64,000 nt of DNA from Scenedesmus sp. PABB004 (Eukaryota): NCBI GenBank assembly GCA_014905635.1, contig JABVCE010000031.1, forward strand, positions 124,001 through 188,000, read 5' to 3'. The notes beneath the pieces were generated by a model. It saw nothing but the letters and a program-made list of their open reading frames with translations. It did not search any database and was not told where the DNA came from. Position 1 is the first letter of the stretch; each line of letters opens with the position of its first letter. A program made the position numbers and the translations under genes. Of this stretch, positions 1 to 12,645 are shown piece after piece.

Positions 1-177
1 GCGCGCTCGCGGTTGCGCGGAGGGACCTGGACGCCGGTGCGCCGCCGCGCTCGCGCCCACGCTCCCGCGATCGCGCGCGCCGCGGGGGCCAGGGGGCGCG
101 CGTGGACGCGGCGCGCGCCCTGCAAGCCCCCTCCCCCCAAACCGATCGAGCTGCGTGCGCCGCCGCCGCCCTGCAGG

Positions 178-3100
178 TGCCGCGCGCACCGCGCGCCTGG
201 AGCTGGAGCTGGACAACGCGAGCGGCCGCGCGGCGGCCAAGGAGCGGGAGCTGGCCGAGGCGCTGTGCCTGAGCGTGAGCGCGCGCGCCGGCGCCCGGCT
301 CGGGCCCGGCCGCGCCGCGCCGCGCCGCGCCGCGCCGCGCCGCGCCGCGCCGCGCCGCCCACTACGTGCACCCCCCCCCCCACACACACACACCCACAAA
401 CACACGCACGCGCAGGCGCTGCTGAAGAGCAGCAGCGAGGGCACCATCGCCGCCCTGTCGGCGCAGCTCGCCACCGCGACCGCGGCGCGCGACGCCGCGG
501 ACAAGGCGCTGGCCGAGCAGGCGGCCGCGCACGAGGCGCAGCTCAGCGCGGCGCGCGACGCGCACGCTGCCGCGCTCGACGACCAGCGGCTGCAGATCGG
601 CGCCGCGCGCGGCCAGCTGCGGGACGCGGCCGCCCGCGAGGAGGCGCTGAGCGCTGAGCTGGGCGACGCGCGCGCGGCGGCCGCGCGCGGCGCGGCCGCC
701 ATTGCCAGCCTGGAGGCGCAGGTCGCAGGTGCGCGGGAGGGGGCTGTGAGCCCTGTGCCCTGTGCCCTGCGAGCGCGCCGCGCGCGCCTCCCACACGCCG
801 CTTGTCGTGCGCGTGCCTCCCGCGCCGCAGGCCTCACCGCCGCGCGCGACGTGGCCGCCGCCGCGCTGGCCACCAGCGAGGCGCGCGTGGCTGAGGCAGC
901 CGCGTCGCTCGACGCCGCGGCCGCGCGCGCGGCCGGCCTGGAGGAGCTGCTCGCGGCGGCCAAGCAGGGCTGGGAGGCGGCCGAGGCCGCCGCGGCCGAG
1001 GCCAAGGCCGCGCAGCAGGCGGCCGAAGCGTGCGACGTGGGTGCCGCTGCCGCCGCGCTGCCGGCCGGCGCGGCTGTTGTCTGAGCCGCCGGCGCCGCCG
1101 CGCTGCTGCCGCCGCGTGCAGGGCAAGGCGGGCGAGGAGGCGGCCGCCCTGCGGGGGCAGCTGTGCACGCTGACGGACGCGCACGCGCGGCTGGCGGACG
1201 AGCTGCAGGCCAAGGAGGTGCGGCGGGCCCCCTGGCGCGCAGCTAGCTGCGCGGCCGCGCGCTGCGCTGGGTGCCGCGCCGGCGGCAGCTCGGACGACGC
1301 GCGCGCGGCCGCGCGCGCCGCGCCGCGCCCCGCAGGCGGCGCTCGCGGCCGCGCAGGACAGCGCCGGCGCGCAGGCGTCCGCGCAGGCCGAGGCGGCGGC
1401 GCTGCGGGGAGAGCTGGCCAGGGAGCGGGCCATGAACCGCAAGGCCACCGAGAGCGCCGCCAAGGTGCGTGCGTGCGCGCGCGCTCGCGCTCGCGTGGCG
1501 GTGGGCGCGGCGGCGGGCCCGGCGCTGAGCCCCGCCGACCGTGCCGCCGCCGCGGCGCGCAGCGCATGGATGAGATGATGGCGCAGGCGCGCAGGGCCCA
1601 GGCGGTGCGTGCGCGTTTGTGTGTTGTTTATGGGGGCTGAGCGCGCGCTGGTGCTGGGCCGCTGTGCCGCGGCGTGCTGGCGGCCGCGGCGCAGCGCGGC
1701 GCCGGCGCGGCGCGGGGGCTGCCTCCAGGTGCGCCGACCCGCCGGCTGCGCCGCCCGCAGCTGGAGAAGGAGCTCGCGGCCGCCCAGGAGCGGCTCGCGG
1801 CCGCCGAGCAGGCGGCGGCCGGCTGCGCCGCTGCGGCGGGCGCGGAGGGCGCCGAGGCGGCCGCGCTGCTGGCGGGCGTGGTGGCGGAGCTGGAGAGCGC
1901 GCACGCGGCGCGGCAGCAGGACAGCGCGGCGCTCTGCAGGTGCGAGCGGCGGCGCCGCGGGCGCGCAGGGGACGCTGGCGCCCCGCCGGCACGGGCCGCG
2001 CCTGCGGCACTGCGCGACGGCGCGCGCCGTCGCCCGCCGCAGCCTGGCGACGCAGCTGGAGGCGCGCGAGGTGGCGATGCGCGAGGCGCGCGCGGCCGGC
2101 GCGGCGGCGGTGGAGGACCTGCACGCGCAGCTGGATGCGCTGAGGGCCAGCCTGCAGGGCAAGGCGGGCCTGGAGCAAGAGGTGTCGCGCCTGCGCGCCA
2201 CCGTCGCCGACCTGCAGGTGCGGGTCAGGCGCGGGGTCCAGCGCGGCGCGTGCTGCGCGCCGCGCGCCCCGCGCGAGCCGCGCGAGCCCGCTACGGCCGC
2301 CCGCACCGCGCGCAGGCGGCGGCCCTGGCGGACAGGGAGGCGCCCATGCTGGCCAGCCTGGCGCCCTGCGACGACGCGCTCACCCTGCCGGCGCCGCCCG
2401 ACCACGCCGCCGCGGGCTTTGCGGCGGCGGCCGCCTTCAACGCCGACGCGGCGCCGCCGCCGCCCCAGGCCGCGCCGCGCGCGGGCGGCCGGCGCTCGGC
2501 CCGGCAGGGCCGCTCGCAGCGCGCGCCGGCGGGCGATGCCGGCGGCGCGTGGCTGCTGGCGGGCTCGCAGCACGCCTCACAGTCGCTGCTGGGCGCGCAG
2601 GTGCCCCCGGGCTCCCAGGCCCCGCCGGCCTCGCAGCCGTGGGCGGCCGGGGACGCGCTGGAGGGCGCGGAGGAGGTGCTGCCAGGGGAGGAGCTGCCAG
2701 ACGCGCCACCGCTCAGCCAGCCCGGCGGGGCCGCAGCGGCGCACAAGGGCGGGGCGCGCGCGCGCGAGGCGGCGCCGCCCGCCAAGGCTGCGCGGCAGGC
2801 CGAGGCCGGCGGCCGTGGCGCCGCGCGCGCGGCGGCCGCCGCCAAGGCGGCGGCAGCGACAGCGGCTCAGCCGCGCCCGGGCAGCCGCGCCCGCGCCACG
2901 CTCACCTCCCCCGACCTGCAGCTCGGCTTTGGCGCCAGCCTGGCCACCAAGACGCCAGCCAACCCCGACGCCGAGCCGCGGCTGCAGAAGGGCAGCACCC
3001 GCCTGGGGTGAGCCGCAGGGGGGGGGGCGGGGTGCAGGGGCGGGGCGCACGGCTGCCCGCGCCGCGCCCTGGCCCGCCCGGCTCCCGAGCGCCGCCCTGC

Positions 3101-3996
3101 CCCCGCGCGCGCCGCTGCGCAGCGGCGGCGCCAAGAAGCGCGCGCGCCCGGAGCTGGAGCTGTTCACCGACCTGGACAGCCAGGCGGCAGCGAGCCAGGG
3201 CGAGCGCGGCCTGGCGCGCATGCCCAGCCTGGAGAGCGACGGCGCCGAGGACGCGGCCGCCGCAGGGGCCTGCTACGGCACGCAGGTGCGGCTCAGCTCC
3301 CGGCCGCAGGGCGCGCCGACAGAGGCGCACGGCGCACGCCGTGCCCGCTGGCTGGCAGCGCGCGCGGCCCTCGCTGCGCGCAGCGCGCGGCCCTGCGCCG
3401 CTGCCAACGACGCTGCCGCGCCCGGCAGGCGGAGCCCGAGCCGGAGCTGCTGGCGCCGCGCGCGGCCAAGCGCGTGCCGGACAAGGCCGCGGCCGGCGAC
3501 ACGCGCGCCGTCGGCGCCGGCAGGGGCGCGGCGGCGGCGCGCGGCAGGAAGGGCGGCCAGGGGCAGGCTGCGCGCGACGCGCCGGCGCCGGCGCCGTCCA
3601 GGGGCGGCGGCGCAGGCGGCGAGGGTGCGGCGCCCAAGGGCGGCCGCCTGGCGGCCATGTCAGTGCACTCGGGCGTGAGGTGAGCCGCGCGCGCCGGCGG
3701 GCGGCACGAGCGCTGCGGCGCTGGCAGCGCGCTGCGCCACGCGCGGGCGCCGGCCCTGCGGCTCAGGCAGCGCCGCCGGCGCCGCCGCCCGGCGCTCCCC
3801 CGCCCCGCCCCCGCGCAGCCTGGACCGCCACGCGAGCGCTGAGGTCAGCAGCGCGCGCGCGCGGCAGGCCGGCGCGGCGCGCCCGCGCAACCGGCGCAGC
3901 GCGCACATGGCGCCGCCCGCGCCGCGCGCTGCGGGCGGCGGCGGCAAGGCCACGGGCGGCGCGGCGGCCGACATCTTTGGCACCATCTTTGGCTGA
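178..3996 (+). CDS. Multi-exon long coiled-coil protein with a disordered S/TQ-rich tail; 5' end uncertain, probably partial
   Basis: Ala/Glu/Leu-rich heptad exons (LELELDNAS, LSAQLATATAARDAADKAL, LEKELAAAQERL, LEQEVSRLRATVADLQ) separated by ~100-nt GT..AG introns. Last exon starts after cgcag at 3818 and ends ...AADIFGTIFG with TGA at 3994-3996. Confidence 0.7.
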
Positions 3997-5018
3997 GAGG
4001 GGGGGGGGGGCGCGGCGGGTGGGGCTGACTGCACTGCAGGTGGGGGTGTCGGGGTGTCGGCGGGAGGGGTGCCTGCCTGCCTGTGCTGGGGGTGCGGCGA
4101 GGTGAGGGCGCTGCCCGCGGCGGCGGAGCGCAGGCGCGGGCGCGTGGGTCCTGCGCGGCACGGCACACGCGCGCGGTGGAGGCGGTGGAGGCGGGCAACT
4201 TACTCGTGCGCAGACCCGAAGCCAGTGCCACACGCAAACAACAGCGGCGGCGACCGGCTGGCCAGGGGGCCACACACAGCCGCACCCAGACGCCAGTCAT
4301 TGCGCGCGCCAGCGGCCGGCAGCACGCACAGCGGCGCTCCAAAGCCACCCACCCTCCTGCGCGCGCGGGGCCTGCGCATCGTTGCTGCACCAGAGACCCC
4401 CCTCCCTCCCTTTCCCTGGCCGCTGCGTCGTCGCAGCAGCGGCCGCAAGCCCTCGGTGCGGCCCGCGCACACAGCGGCAGCCGGCGACCAAGCCCCACAC
4501 GCCGCCAAACACCGGACGCAGCGCGCGCCCGGCGGCCGACAGCGCGCACGGCGGCACGCACACACCGCCCCTGCATGCGTGCGCGTGTTCCAGCACAGCA
4601 CGCGCGCAGTGAGCACGCCGCTGCGTCGTCTCAGCGACGGCGCTGCGGTTATTTCCCGCGGTGCCAAGGGAGTGCCAAGAGATGCTCTTGATGGGGTGGC
4701 AGGACGGGATGGACTGAAAACTCGAAAGCGAGGAGTGGAATGGGGCCGCAGAAGGATGGTGATGAAATGATGAAACCGCTGCTGCTGCGCAGCTGACGGG
4801 GGTTGTCGGAACATAAGGATGTGACAAGGCAAGGACGTGATGGGACATAATGGCAGCTTGCCATGAAATGATGAAATGAAGTCACAGACGTGATGGGCAC
4901 CAGGATGGCAGAGGAAAGTGACGACGGCGAAAGCATGGATTGATGATAAAGTCGTGGGAGCTAGACCTCAGACACGGCTAAACCTCAGCCCCCCAGCTGA
5001 CACACAGCAGCTGCCGTC

Positions 5019-8000
5019 CTACCAGCCGCTCCCGCCGCTCAGGCGGCTCGCGCGGCGGCCGCCGCCGCGGCGCCTGCCGGCCTGCTGCCACTGCTGCTGC
5101 TCCGCAGCCAGCGCCTGCTGCAGCGCCTGCCCTTCAAAGCGCCCGCCGGTGCCCGACACCTGGCGGCTGGGCGTGCGCGGCGCGGCCGGCCGCGCCTCGC
5201 CGCTGCCGCGGTCGCTGTCGCAGGCCGCGCTGCAGCCCTTCGGCAGCGTCTGCACGCGGCCGAGGCTGCCCTGGCTGCCGCACGCCTCGGCCGGCTTGGC
5301 GTTGGTCGGCGCCAGCTTGGCCTCGGCCGCGGCCAGCTTGGCCTGCAGGTCGGCGAGCTGCGCCTCCATGTCCTCGTGCTCGGCGCACTTTGCCTGCGTG
5401 GATGGGGGGCGGGGCACGGCGCAGGGCAGGGTCAGCGCTGTGCTGGCATGTCGGCGCAGCAACGCCCGCACGTGCCGCCCAGCGCGCGCGCACTCACCCA
5501 CAGGTCGCGCTGCGTGTGCGCGCAGGCCTCGCGGAAGGGCCGCTGGCGCTCCGCCTCGGCACGCAGCTCGGCGACCTCGGCGGCCAGCGCCGCGCTCTGC
5601 GCCTCGGCGTTGGCCGCCTTGGCCTTGGCCCGCGCCAGCGCGCCCTTGTGCGCCTTGAGCGCGGCCGCCTGCTCCGCCGCCCCGCGCGCCGCGTCGGCCG
5701 CCTGCACGGCGTGCACGGCAGCGGACGCATGAGCCAGCAGGCGCGGGCGCCAAGCTGCGGCTGCGCCGCGGCAGGGCCCGCCCAGCGCGTGCGCGCAGCG
5801 CACAGCGCGCCGCACCTCGCTCGCCGCGTGCGCCCGGGCCTCCGCCGCCTCGGCCTCGGCCGCGACGACGCGCGCCTTGAGCGCGGCCGTCTCCTCCGCC
5901 GCCACGCGCGCAGCGTCGGCCTGCAGGGCGCACGGCAGCGGTCGCGTGACCCAGCAGGCGCGGGCGCCAAGCTGCGGCTGCGCCGCGGCAGGGCCCGCCC
6001 AGCGCGTACGCGCAGCGCGCAGCGCGCCGCACCTGGCTGGCAGCGAGCGCGGCGCTCTGCGCCTCGGCCTCCTCGGTCTTGCCCTCCGCCGCCGCGACGC
6101 GCGCCTTCAGCGCGGCGACCTCCTCGGCGGCGCGCGCCGCGTCGGCGGCCTGCAGGGCGCACGCAGCGGTCGCGTGAGCGAGCAGACGCGGGCGCCAGGC
6201 TGGGGCTGCACGGCGGCAGGGCCCGCCCAGCGCGTACGCGCAGCGCGCAGCGCGCCGCACCTGGCTGGCAGCGAGCGCGGCGCTCTGCGCCTCGGCCTCC
6301 TCGGTCTTGCCCTCCGCCGCCGCGACGCGCGCCTTCAGCGCGGCGACCTCCTCGGCGGCGCGCGCCGCGTCGGCGGCCTGCAGGGCGCACGCAGCGGTCG
6401 CGTGAGCGAGCAGACGCGGGCGCCAGGCTGGGGCTGCACGGCGGCAGGGCTTGCCCAGCGCGTACGCGCAGCGCGCAGCGCGCCGCACCTGGCTGGCAGC
6501 GAGCGCGGCGCTCTGCGCCTCGGCCTCCTCGGTCTTGCCCTCCGCCGCCGCGACGCGCGCCTTCAGCGCGGCGACCTCCTCGGCGGCGCGCGCCGCGTCG
6601 GCGGCCTGCAGGGCGCACGCAGCAGGCGCGTGAGCGAGCAGACGCGGGCGCCAGGCTGGGGCTGCACGGCGGCAGGGCTTGCCCAGCGCGTGCGCCGCAC
6701 AGACCGCAGCGCGCCGCACCTGGCTGGCAGCGAGCGCGGCGCTCTGCGCCTCGGCCTCCTCGGTCTTGCCCTCCGCCGCCGCGACGCGCGCCTTCAGCGC
6801 GGCGACCTCCTCGGCGGCGCGCGCCGCGTCGGCGGCCTGCAGGGCGCACGCAGCAGGCGCGTGAGCGAGCAGACGCGGGCGCCAGGCTGGGGCTGCACGG
6901 CGGCAGGGCTTGCCCAGCGCGTGCGCCGCACAGACCGCAGCGCGCCGCACCTGGCTGGCAGCGAGCGCGGCGCTCTGCGCCTCGGCCTCCTCGGTCTTGC
7001 CCTCCGCCGCCGCGACGCGCGCCTTCAGCGCGGCGACCTCCTCGGCGGCGCGCGCCGCGTCGGCGGCCTGCAGGGCGCACGCAGCAGGCGCGTGAGCGAG
7101 CAGACGCGGGCGCCAGGCTGGGGCTGCACGGCGGCAGGGCTTGCCCAGCGCGTGCGCCGCACAGACCGCAGCGCGCCGCACCTGGCTGGCAGCGAGCGCG
7201 GCGCTCTGCGCCTCGGCCTCCTCGGTCTTGCCCTCCGCCGCCGCGACGCGCGCCTTCAGCGCGGCGACCTCCTCGGCGGCGCGCGCCGCGTCGGCGGCCT
7301 GCAGGGCGCACGCAGCAGGCGCGTGAGCGAGCAGACGCGGGCGCCAGGCTGGGGCTGCACGGCGGCAGGGCTTGCCCAGCGCGTGCGCCGCACAGACCGC
7401 AGCGCGCCGCACCTGGCTGGCAGCGAGCGCGGCGCTCTGCGCCTCGGCCTCCTCGGTCTTGCCCTCCGCCGCCGCGACGCGCGCCTTCAGCGCGGCGACC
7501 TCCTCGGCGGCGCGCGCCGAGCCGGCGGCCTGCAGGGCGCACGCAGCAGGCGCGTGAGCGAGCAGACGCGGGCGCCAGGCTGGGGCTGCACGGCGGCAGG
7601 GCTTGCCCAGCGCGTGCGCCGCACAGACCGCAGCGCGCCGCACCTGGCTGGCAGTGAGCGCGGCGCTCTGCGCCTCGGCCTCCTCGGTCTTGCCCTCTGC
7701 CGCCGCGACGCGCGCCTTCAGCGCGGCGACCTCCTCGGCGGCGCGCGCCGCGCCGGCGGCCTGCAGGGCGCACGCAGCGGTCGCGTGAGCGAGCAGACGC
7801 GGGCGCCAGGCTGGGGCTGCACGGCGGCAGAGGGGGCTGCCTGGCCGCGCAGCGGCTTGGACGCCCCGCTCGCGCCGCACCTCGCAGGCCTCGTCGTTGT
7901 TCGCCGGCGTGGCCTTGGGCTCCGTCGCGGCGGGCATGGCCGGGCCCTGCATGCGCCGGCAGCCCACGTCGGCAGCGGTGGTGCGTGAGGAGGGCCGCCG

Positions 8001-9131
8001 CGTGCGGTGCAGCGACAGCGCGCGCAGTGGAGCGCACGCGCCACACCTTGAGCGTCGCCGCGTAGGTCTTCTGGGGCGCGGCCTTGGGCGCGGGCGCGGC
8101 CTTGGGCGCGGCCTGGGGCGCCGGCGCGGCCTTGGGCGCGGGCTGGGGCACCGGCGCGGCCTTGGGCGCGGCCTTGGGCGCGGCCGTGGGCGCGGCCTTG
8201 GGCGCCGGCGCGGCCTTGGACGCGGGCTGGGGCACCGGCGCGGCCTTGGGCGCCGGCGCGGCCTTGGACGCGGCCTTGGGCGTGGCCGTGGGCGCGGGCG
8301 CCGCCTTGAGCACCGCCGCGGCGGGCTTGGGCAGGGGCTGCGCGCAGCGGCGGGGATAGGTGGCGTCAGCAGCAGCCGTGTGCGGAGGGGGCCGTCAGGC
8401 CGGACGCGCCAAGCGGTCCGCCAGGCTGGCGTCCCCCACCACTCTCACGCCGCACCGCGCAGGGCACCGCCTCGCTCACCTTGGGCGCGGCCTGCGCCAC
8501 CTCGGTCTTGGGCACGGCCTGCGCCACGGCGGCGGCAGCCGGCGTGAGCAGCGGAGCGGAGCGCAGAGGGGGCTGTCCGGCACGCGCGCGCGCGGCGGCA
8601 GCGCGCGCGCACCCCCAGGACCGCCTCGAGGTAGCTCCTCTTGGCGGCGGGGGGCGCGACCGGCGCCGGCGCGCTGGTCATGGCCGCGGCCTGCGCGCGG
8701 CGGCAGCCGGCGTCGGCAGGGGGGCGCGGAGGGGGCTGCAGCGCGGCGGCGGCCCTGTCGCGGCGCGAGGCGTCCCGCTCGCGCCGCACCTCGCTGGCCG
8801 CGTCGGCGCGCGCCACGGGCGCCGGCGCCGCCGTCTTGGTCGCCTGGGGCATGGCGTGGCGGCCCTGGGGCAGCGGCGCGGCGCAGGCAGCGGCGTGGGC
8901 GTGGGGCGCCATGCCGGCGCCCGGCCGCGCGCTGGCGCCGCGCGGCGGTGTCGGGCGCGCTCGCCCCGGACGGCAGCCGACCAGACACACCGCTGTCCGG
9001 GCGCGCGCGGCGCGGCAGCGGCCCAGCTGCCCGGGCGGCAGCCCCGGAGCTCGCGGCCTCACCGTGGCCGCCCCGGCGCGCGCGGCGCCCGCCTGCTTGG
9101 CCCGGTAGGCGTAGAACGCCTTGTTGGCCAT
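5019..9131 (-). CDS. Repeat-exon coiled-coil protein, copy 1 (PKAA-rich N-terminal region, 8 full + 1 diverged 39-aa repeat exons)
   Basis: ATG at 9131 (MANKAFYAYRAKQ), phase-0 GT-AG exons, 117-nt exons AADAARAAEEVAALKARVAAAEGKTEEAEAQSAALAASQ (e.g. 7644-7760, 6033-6149), stop at 5019-5021 after RLSGGSGW. Confidence 0.8.
5816..7760 (-). repeat. Tandem exon-intron array, 228/231-bp unit, 8 full exons plus one diverged
   Basis: Splice donors recur at about 7643, 7412, 7181, 6950, 6719, 6488, 6260 and 6032. Confidence 0.95.
8075..8310 (-). repeat. Coding minisatellite giving (K/Q)AAP(A/V/T)P repeats
   Basis: Recurring gcggccttgggcgc motif; translation KAAPAPKAAPVPQPASKAAPAPKAAPTAAPKAAPK. A shorter version is at 30100-30237. 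Confidence 0.85.
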
Positions 9132-9305
9132 CTCAGCGAGGTGGCGCAGCTTGAAGTTGCCGGACAAGGCGGTCACCGGCGAGGCGAGCCCGACGACTGC
9201 TGGTGCGAGCGCGTGGCTGGCCGTAGAAGCAGCAGGGAGCGCTGTGGGAGCTTCAGACGAGCTGCGGACAGTCGGTTGTGTGCTCGGCCAGGGGGCGCGC
9301 GTGAA

Positions 9306-9311
9306 TTTATA
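9306..9311 (-). promoter_or_regulatory. Putative TATA box of repeat gene copy 1
   Basis: TATAAA on the minus strand ~175 nt upstream of the ATG in very GC-rich DNA; conserved in copy 2. Confidence 0.6.
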
Positions 9312-9805
9312 CCCCCCGGCAGCCCCACCCGGCAGCCAAGCGGCCGGGGTTTGCGAGCCGCCGCTGTTTTGCGCTCCTCGCTGACCGCGCTAGCGCCCTG
9401 GCGGCGCGCGCCGCGCGCCGGCCGCGCAGCAGGGCGCCGACGGCCGCGGCGTCGGCGAGCGGCGGCGCCGCTGCTTTCGCGCGCGGGTGCCGGCGGCGGC
9501 GCGCCGCGTGCGGCCGCCCACGGTCCAGGCCCGGGGCCTGAGACCCTCACGCGCGCGGCGGCGCGGGCGCCGGGCCGCCGGGCGCCGCCGCCCGGCCGCC
9601 GAGTGCCGCCGCTGCGCGCCGCGCGCGCCGCCTGTGCGGCGCCCGCCGGTCCGCGGCGCGCGATGGAGCGCGCGACGCCAGCATTACTGACCAGCACCAC
9701 ACAGCCGCCCGGCCTCTCTCGGCAGCACGCGCCGCCCTGTCCGTCGGGCCGCTCGCCCGCGAGCGCGCCGCGCGCCGGACCGGCGCCGCGTGCCCACACT
9801 CAGCG

Positions 9806-11090
9806 TCACTTGAGGATGTTGCGCAGCGCGTCCGGCAGCTCGGTGTACTTGAAGGCAAAGCCCGCCGCCTGGGCGCGCGTGGGCAGCACCTTCTGGCCCT
9901 CCAGCACCACCTGCGGCGCGGCGGAGGCTGAGCGCGCGGACGGGCGCGGCGCGGCGTGCACGCGCCCAGCGCGCCCGCGCGCCCCGCGCGCCTGCGCGCC
10001 CTCGCCCAGCAGCGTGGTGATGGCAAAGTCCGGCACCGGCAGCCAGCTCGGCCGGCCGAGCACGCCGCCGACGGCGCTGCAGAGCTGGGCCATCGTGACG
10101 GGCTGCGCCGCGGCGGCGGCGGTGGCGGCGCGTCGGCGCGGCGGCGCGGGCGTGGGCGGCCCGTCGCCGCGCCACGGCCCCTCACGCGCCGCGCGCCGGC
10201 CGGCCGCGCCTTGGGCGCTGTGCCGTTGTAGACGCCCGAGTAGGCCGGCTTGCGCAGCGCGTCGATGATGAGGTCCACCAGGTCGTCGCGGTGAATCCAG
10301 CTCACCCACTGCTTGCCCGTGCCCAGCGGCCCGCCTGGGCGGACGCGGCGGCGGCGGCGGCGGCGCGCGCGGCGTGGCGTGGCGCGGCGGTGCCTCGGCC
10401 GCCGCCCGCCGGCGCACCGGGAGGGGAGGGGCTCGCGGCGGCGCGGCGCCCGCCAGCCTCGGCCCCGCGACGCCGAGCCCCGCGTGCGGCGTCGAGCCCC
10501 CGCCGGCACGGCTCGAGCGCGGCCGCGCACCCGCAAAGAGCTCAAAGATTGGCAGCATGCGCGCCAGCACGCCGCCGTCGCGGGCGAGCACGATGCCGGT
10601 GCGCAGGAGCACGACGCGCGTGGACGGCGGCACGGCGCGCGCGGCGGCCTCCCACTCGGTGCAGATCTGGGCCAGGTAGTCAGAGCCTGGGCGCGCGGCG
10701 GGGCGCGCAGCGCGTGGGCGGCGCGCGGGCGGCGGGCGCGCGCGTGGTGGAGCTCGCGCGACGGCGGCGGCGGCGGGCCGCCCGCGGGCTGCCGGCGCAC
10801 CCGCGGGGCTGTCCTCGGTGAAGCTCGCCGTCTGGCTGGCGCCGTAGTACCCGACCGCGCTCGACGACACAAACACGCGCGGCCGCGAGCCCTCGGGCGC
10901 GTTGCTGATCGCGTCCTGGGCGGCGCGGCGAGCGGAGGGCGGCGGGCGGCGGCGGCGGGGCGTCGCCAGGGCGGCGGCGGCGGCGGCGGCGGCGCTCCCC
11001 GCCGCGGCGCGGCGCGCGCACCGCGAGGCTGCGCGTGACGTCGAGGCGCGACTGCTTGATCTGGCGCTTGATCTCAGGCGTCCACCTGGC

Positions 11091-11131
<41 letters not shown>

Positions 11132-11407
11132 CGCCGCGCCCTCGCCACGCAGGCCCCGCGCCCCGCCGCCAGCGGCGCAGCCGCCGCGCGCACCGCGTGC
11201 CGATGGGCGCGCCCGCGAGGTTGACCACGCCGTCGGCGCCGCGCACCGCGTCGGCGATCTGGGCGAGCGTGAAAAACTCGAGCCCCGGGTACTGCAGCGC
11301 CGCGCGCGCGGACGTGACGTTGCGCGTGACGACGCGCACGCGGTTGCCCTGCGCCGCGAGCTTGGCGGTGAGGCGGCTGCCGACGAGGCCGGTCGCGCCT
11401 GCGGTCG

Positions 11408-11438
<31 letters not shown>

Positions 11439-11836
11439 GCGGCGGCGTGCGCGTGGCGCGGCGGCGGCTGCTGCGTCCAGCCGCGCCGCACGCGCGCCCC
11501 CGGGCGCGGCGCCAGGCTGGCGCGCGGCGCAGCAGCAGCGCGGGCGCGCGGGCGGCGCGCCCCCGCGCGCGCACCCGTGATGGTGACCGTCATCTTCTCC
11601 GCGCCGCCCTCAGCCGCCACGCGCACCGCGGCGCGCCGCGGGGGCCGGCGGGAGGCGGCAAAGGCCGCCGGCGGCCGCGCCGCCGCAGCAGCGGCGCCTG
11701 GCCGGCAGCGCGCGCCGCGCGCCGGCCGCGCCGCGCCGCCCTGGGCGGCGACGCCGGGCGTGCTCACGCCGAAGATCCCGGGGGCGCGGCTCACGCGCGC
11801 CGCCGAGGCGCCATGCTGCGCCGCGAGCGCCTGCAT
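9806..11836 (-). CDS. TIGR01777/SDR39U1-family NAD-dependent epimerase (plant GC1/SulA-like), plastid-targeted
   Basis: Transit-peptide-like N-terminus, spliced ITGATGLVG Rossmann motif, ADGVVNLAG, VFVSSSAVGYYG, LRTGIVLARDGG, SWIHRDDLV, YNGTAP, and C-terminal GQKVLPTRAQAAGFAFKYTELPDALRNILK. Confidence 0.9.
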
Positions 11837-12645
11837 CGCGCGGCCCTCGTCTGCTGCTCGGGTGACTGCGGGCCGCCGCGGGCGCTCGCCTGCTGGTCGG
11901 CGTCGGGGGCGTGAGTGCGAGTGAGGCGACCGCCGCGCGGGTGCGCCCGCAGCGTGCGGGACGAGCAGCGCGGCGGTCGGAGCGCGCGTTTGCGCGCTCC
12001 GGCCTGAACGCCACGCGCCCCGCCCGCCGGCCCGCCGGCGTCCGGCCGTCTGTGTTCTCACGAACGTACCAACTAGCGGACGGGATCGCGCCGCGCACGC
12101 CCACACGCGCGACCCCGGAGCGCGCGCGGTGGTTGGGGGCCGCCCCCGCCGCCCTGGCCGCCGTCCGCGCCTCGCTGGCAGCTGCGTCGGCGCCGCAGGC
12201 CTCGGCCACAGGCGCCTGTGCGCGCCACACGCGGCGGCGAGGCCCGCCCGAGCTTGGCGGGGCGGGGCAATCACCCGGGCTTTTGAGCCGTCCACCAGCG
12301 CCGGAGAGCCCCGCGGGACGCCGGCGGGCGGCCAGTCATGGTGCCCTGCTCGCGCCCCAGCGCCTGAGGCCACGCAGTGGCCGCGCCAGGGCGCGGCCAG
12401 GGCGGCCGGGCCCAGCGCAGCGCGGGCGCGTGGCCTGCTGTTGCTGTCGCGAGGTGCGGCGGCGCCGCGCCGCGCCGGCGCGCCCGCCCGCCCGGCGGCA
12501 GCTCCTGCAGCTGGCTGGCGGCGCCGCCGGTCGCCGCCGCGGCGTGCGCGCCGCGCGCCGCGCCCGCAGACGCGCCGCCACCGCCGCCGCCCAACCGCAC
12601 GCAGCGCGGCGGTTGCGCAGGGCGGTTGCGGTCCGCGGCCGCGGC

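Larger units (their letters stand above)
3815..9594. repeat. Left arm of a long inverted segmental duplication (partner 28822-44435)
   Basis: The reverse complement matches the right arm from gcagcctggaccgcc (3815 vs 44435) to ...gccgccgcccg (9594 vs 28822), including introns, 3' region and promoter. Confidence 0.95.

Noticed and set aside
4740..5000. C/D-box snoRNA cluster suggested by repeated TGATGA
   Set aside because: No well-spaced C/D pair with a terminal stem, and the motifs are poorly conserved in the duplicate.
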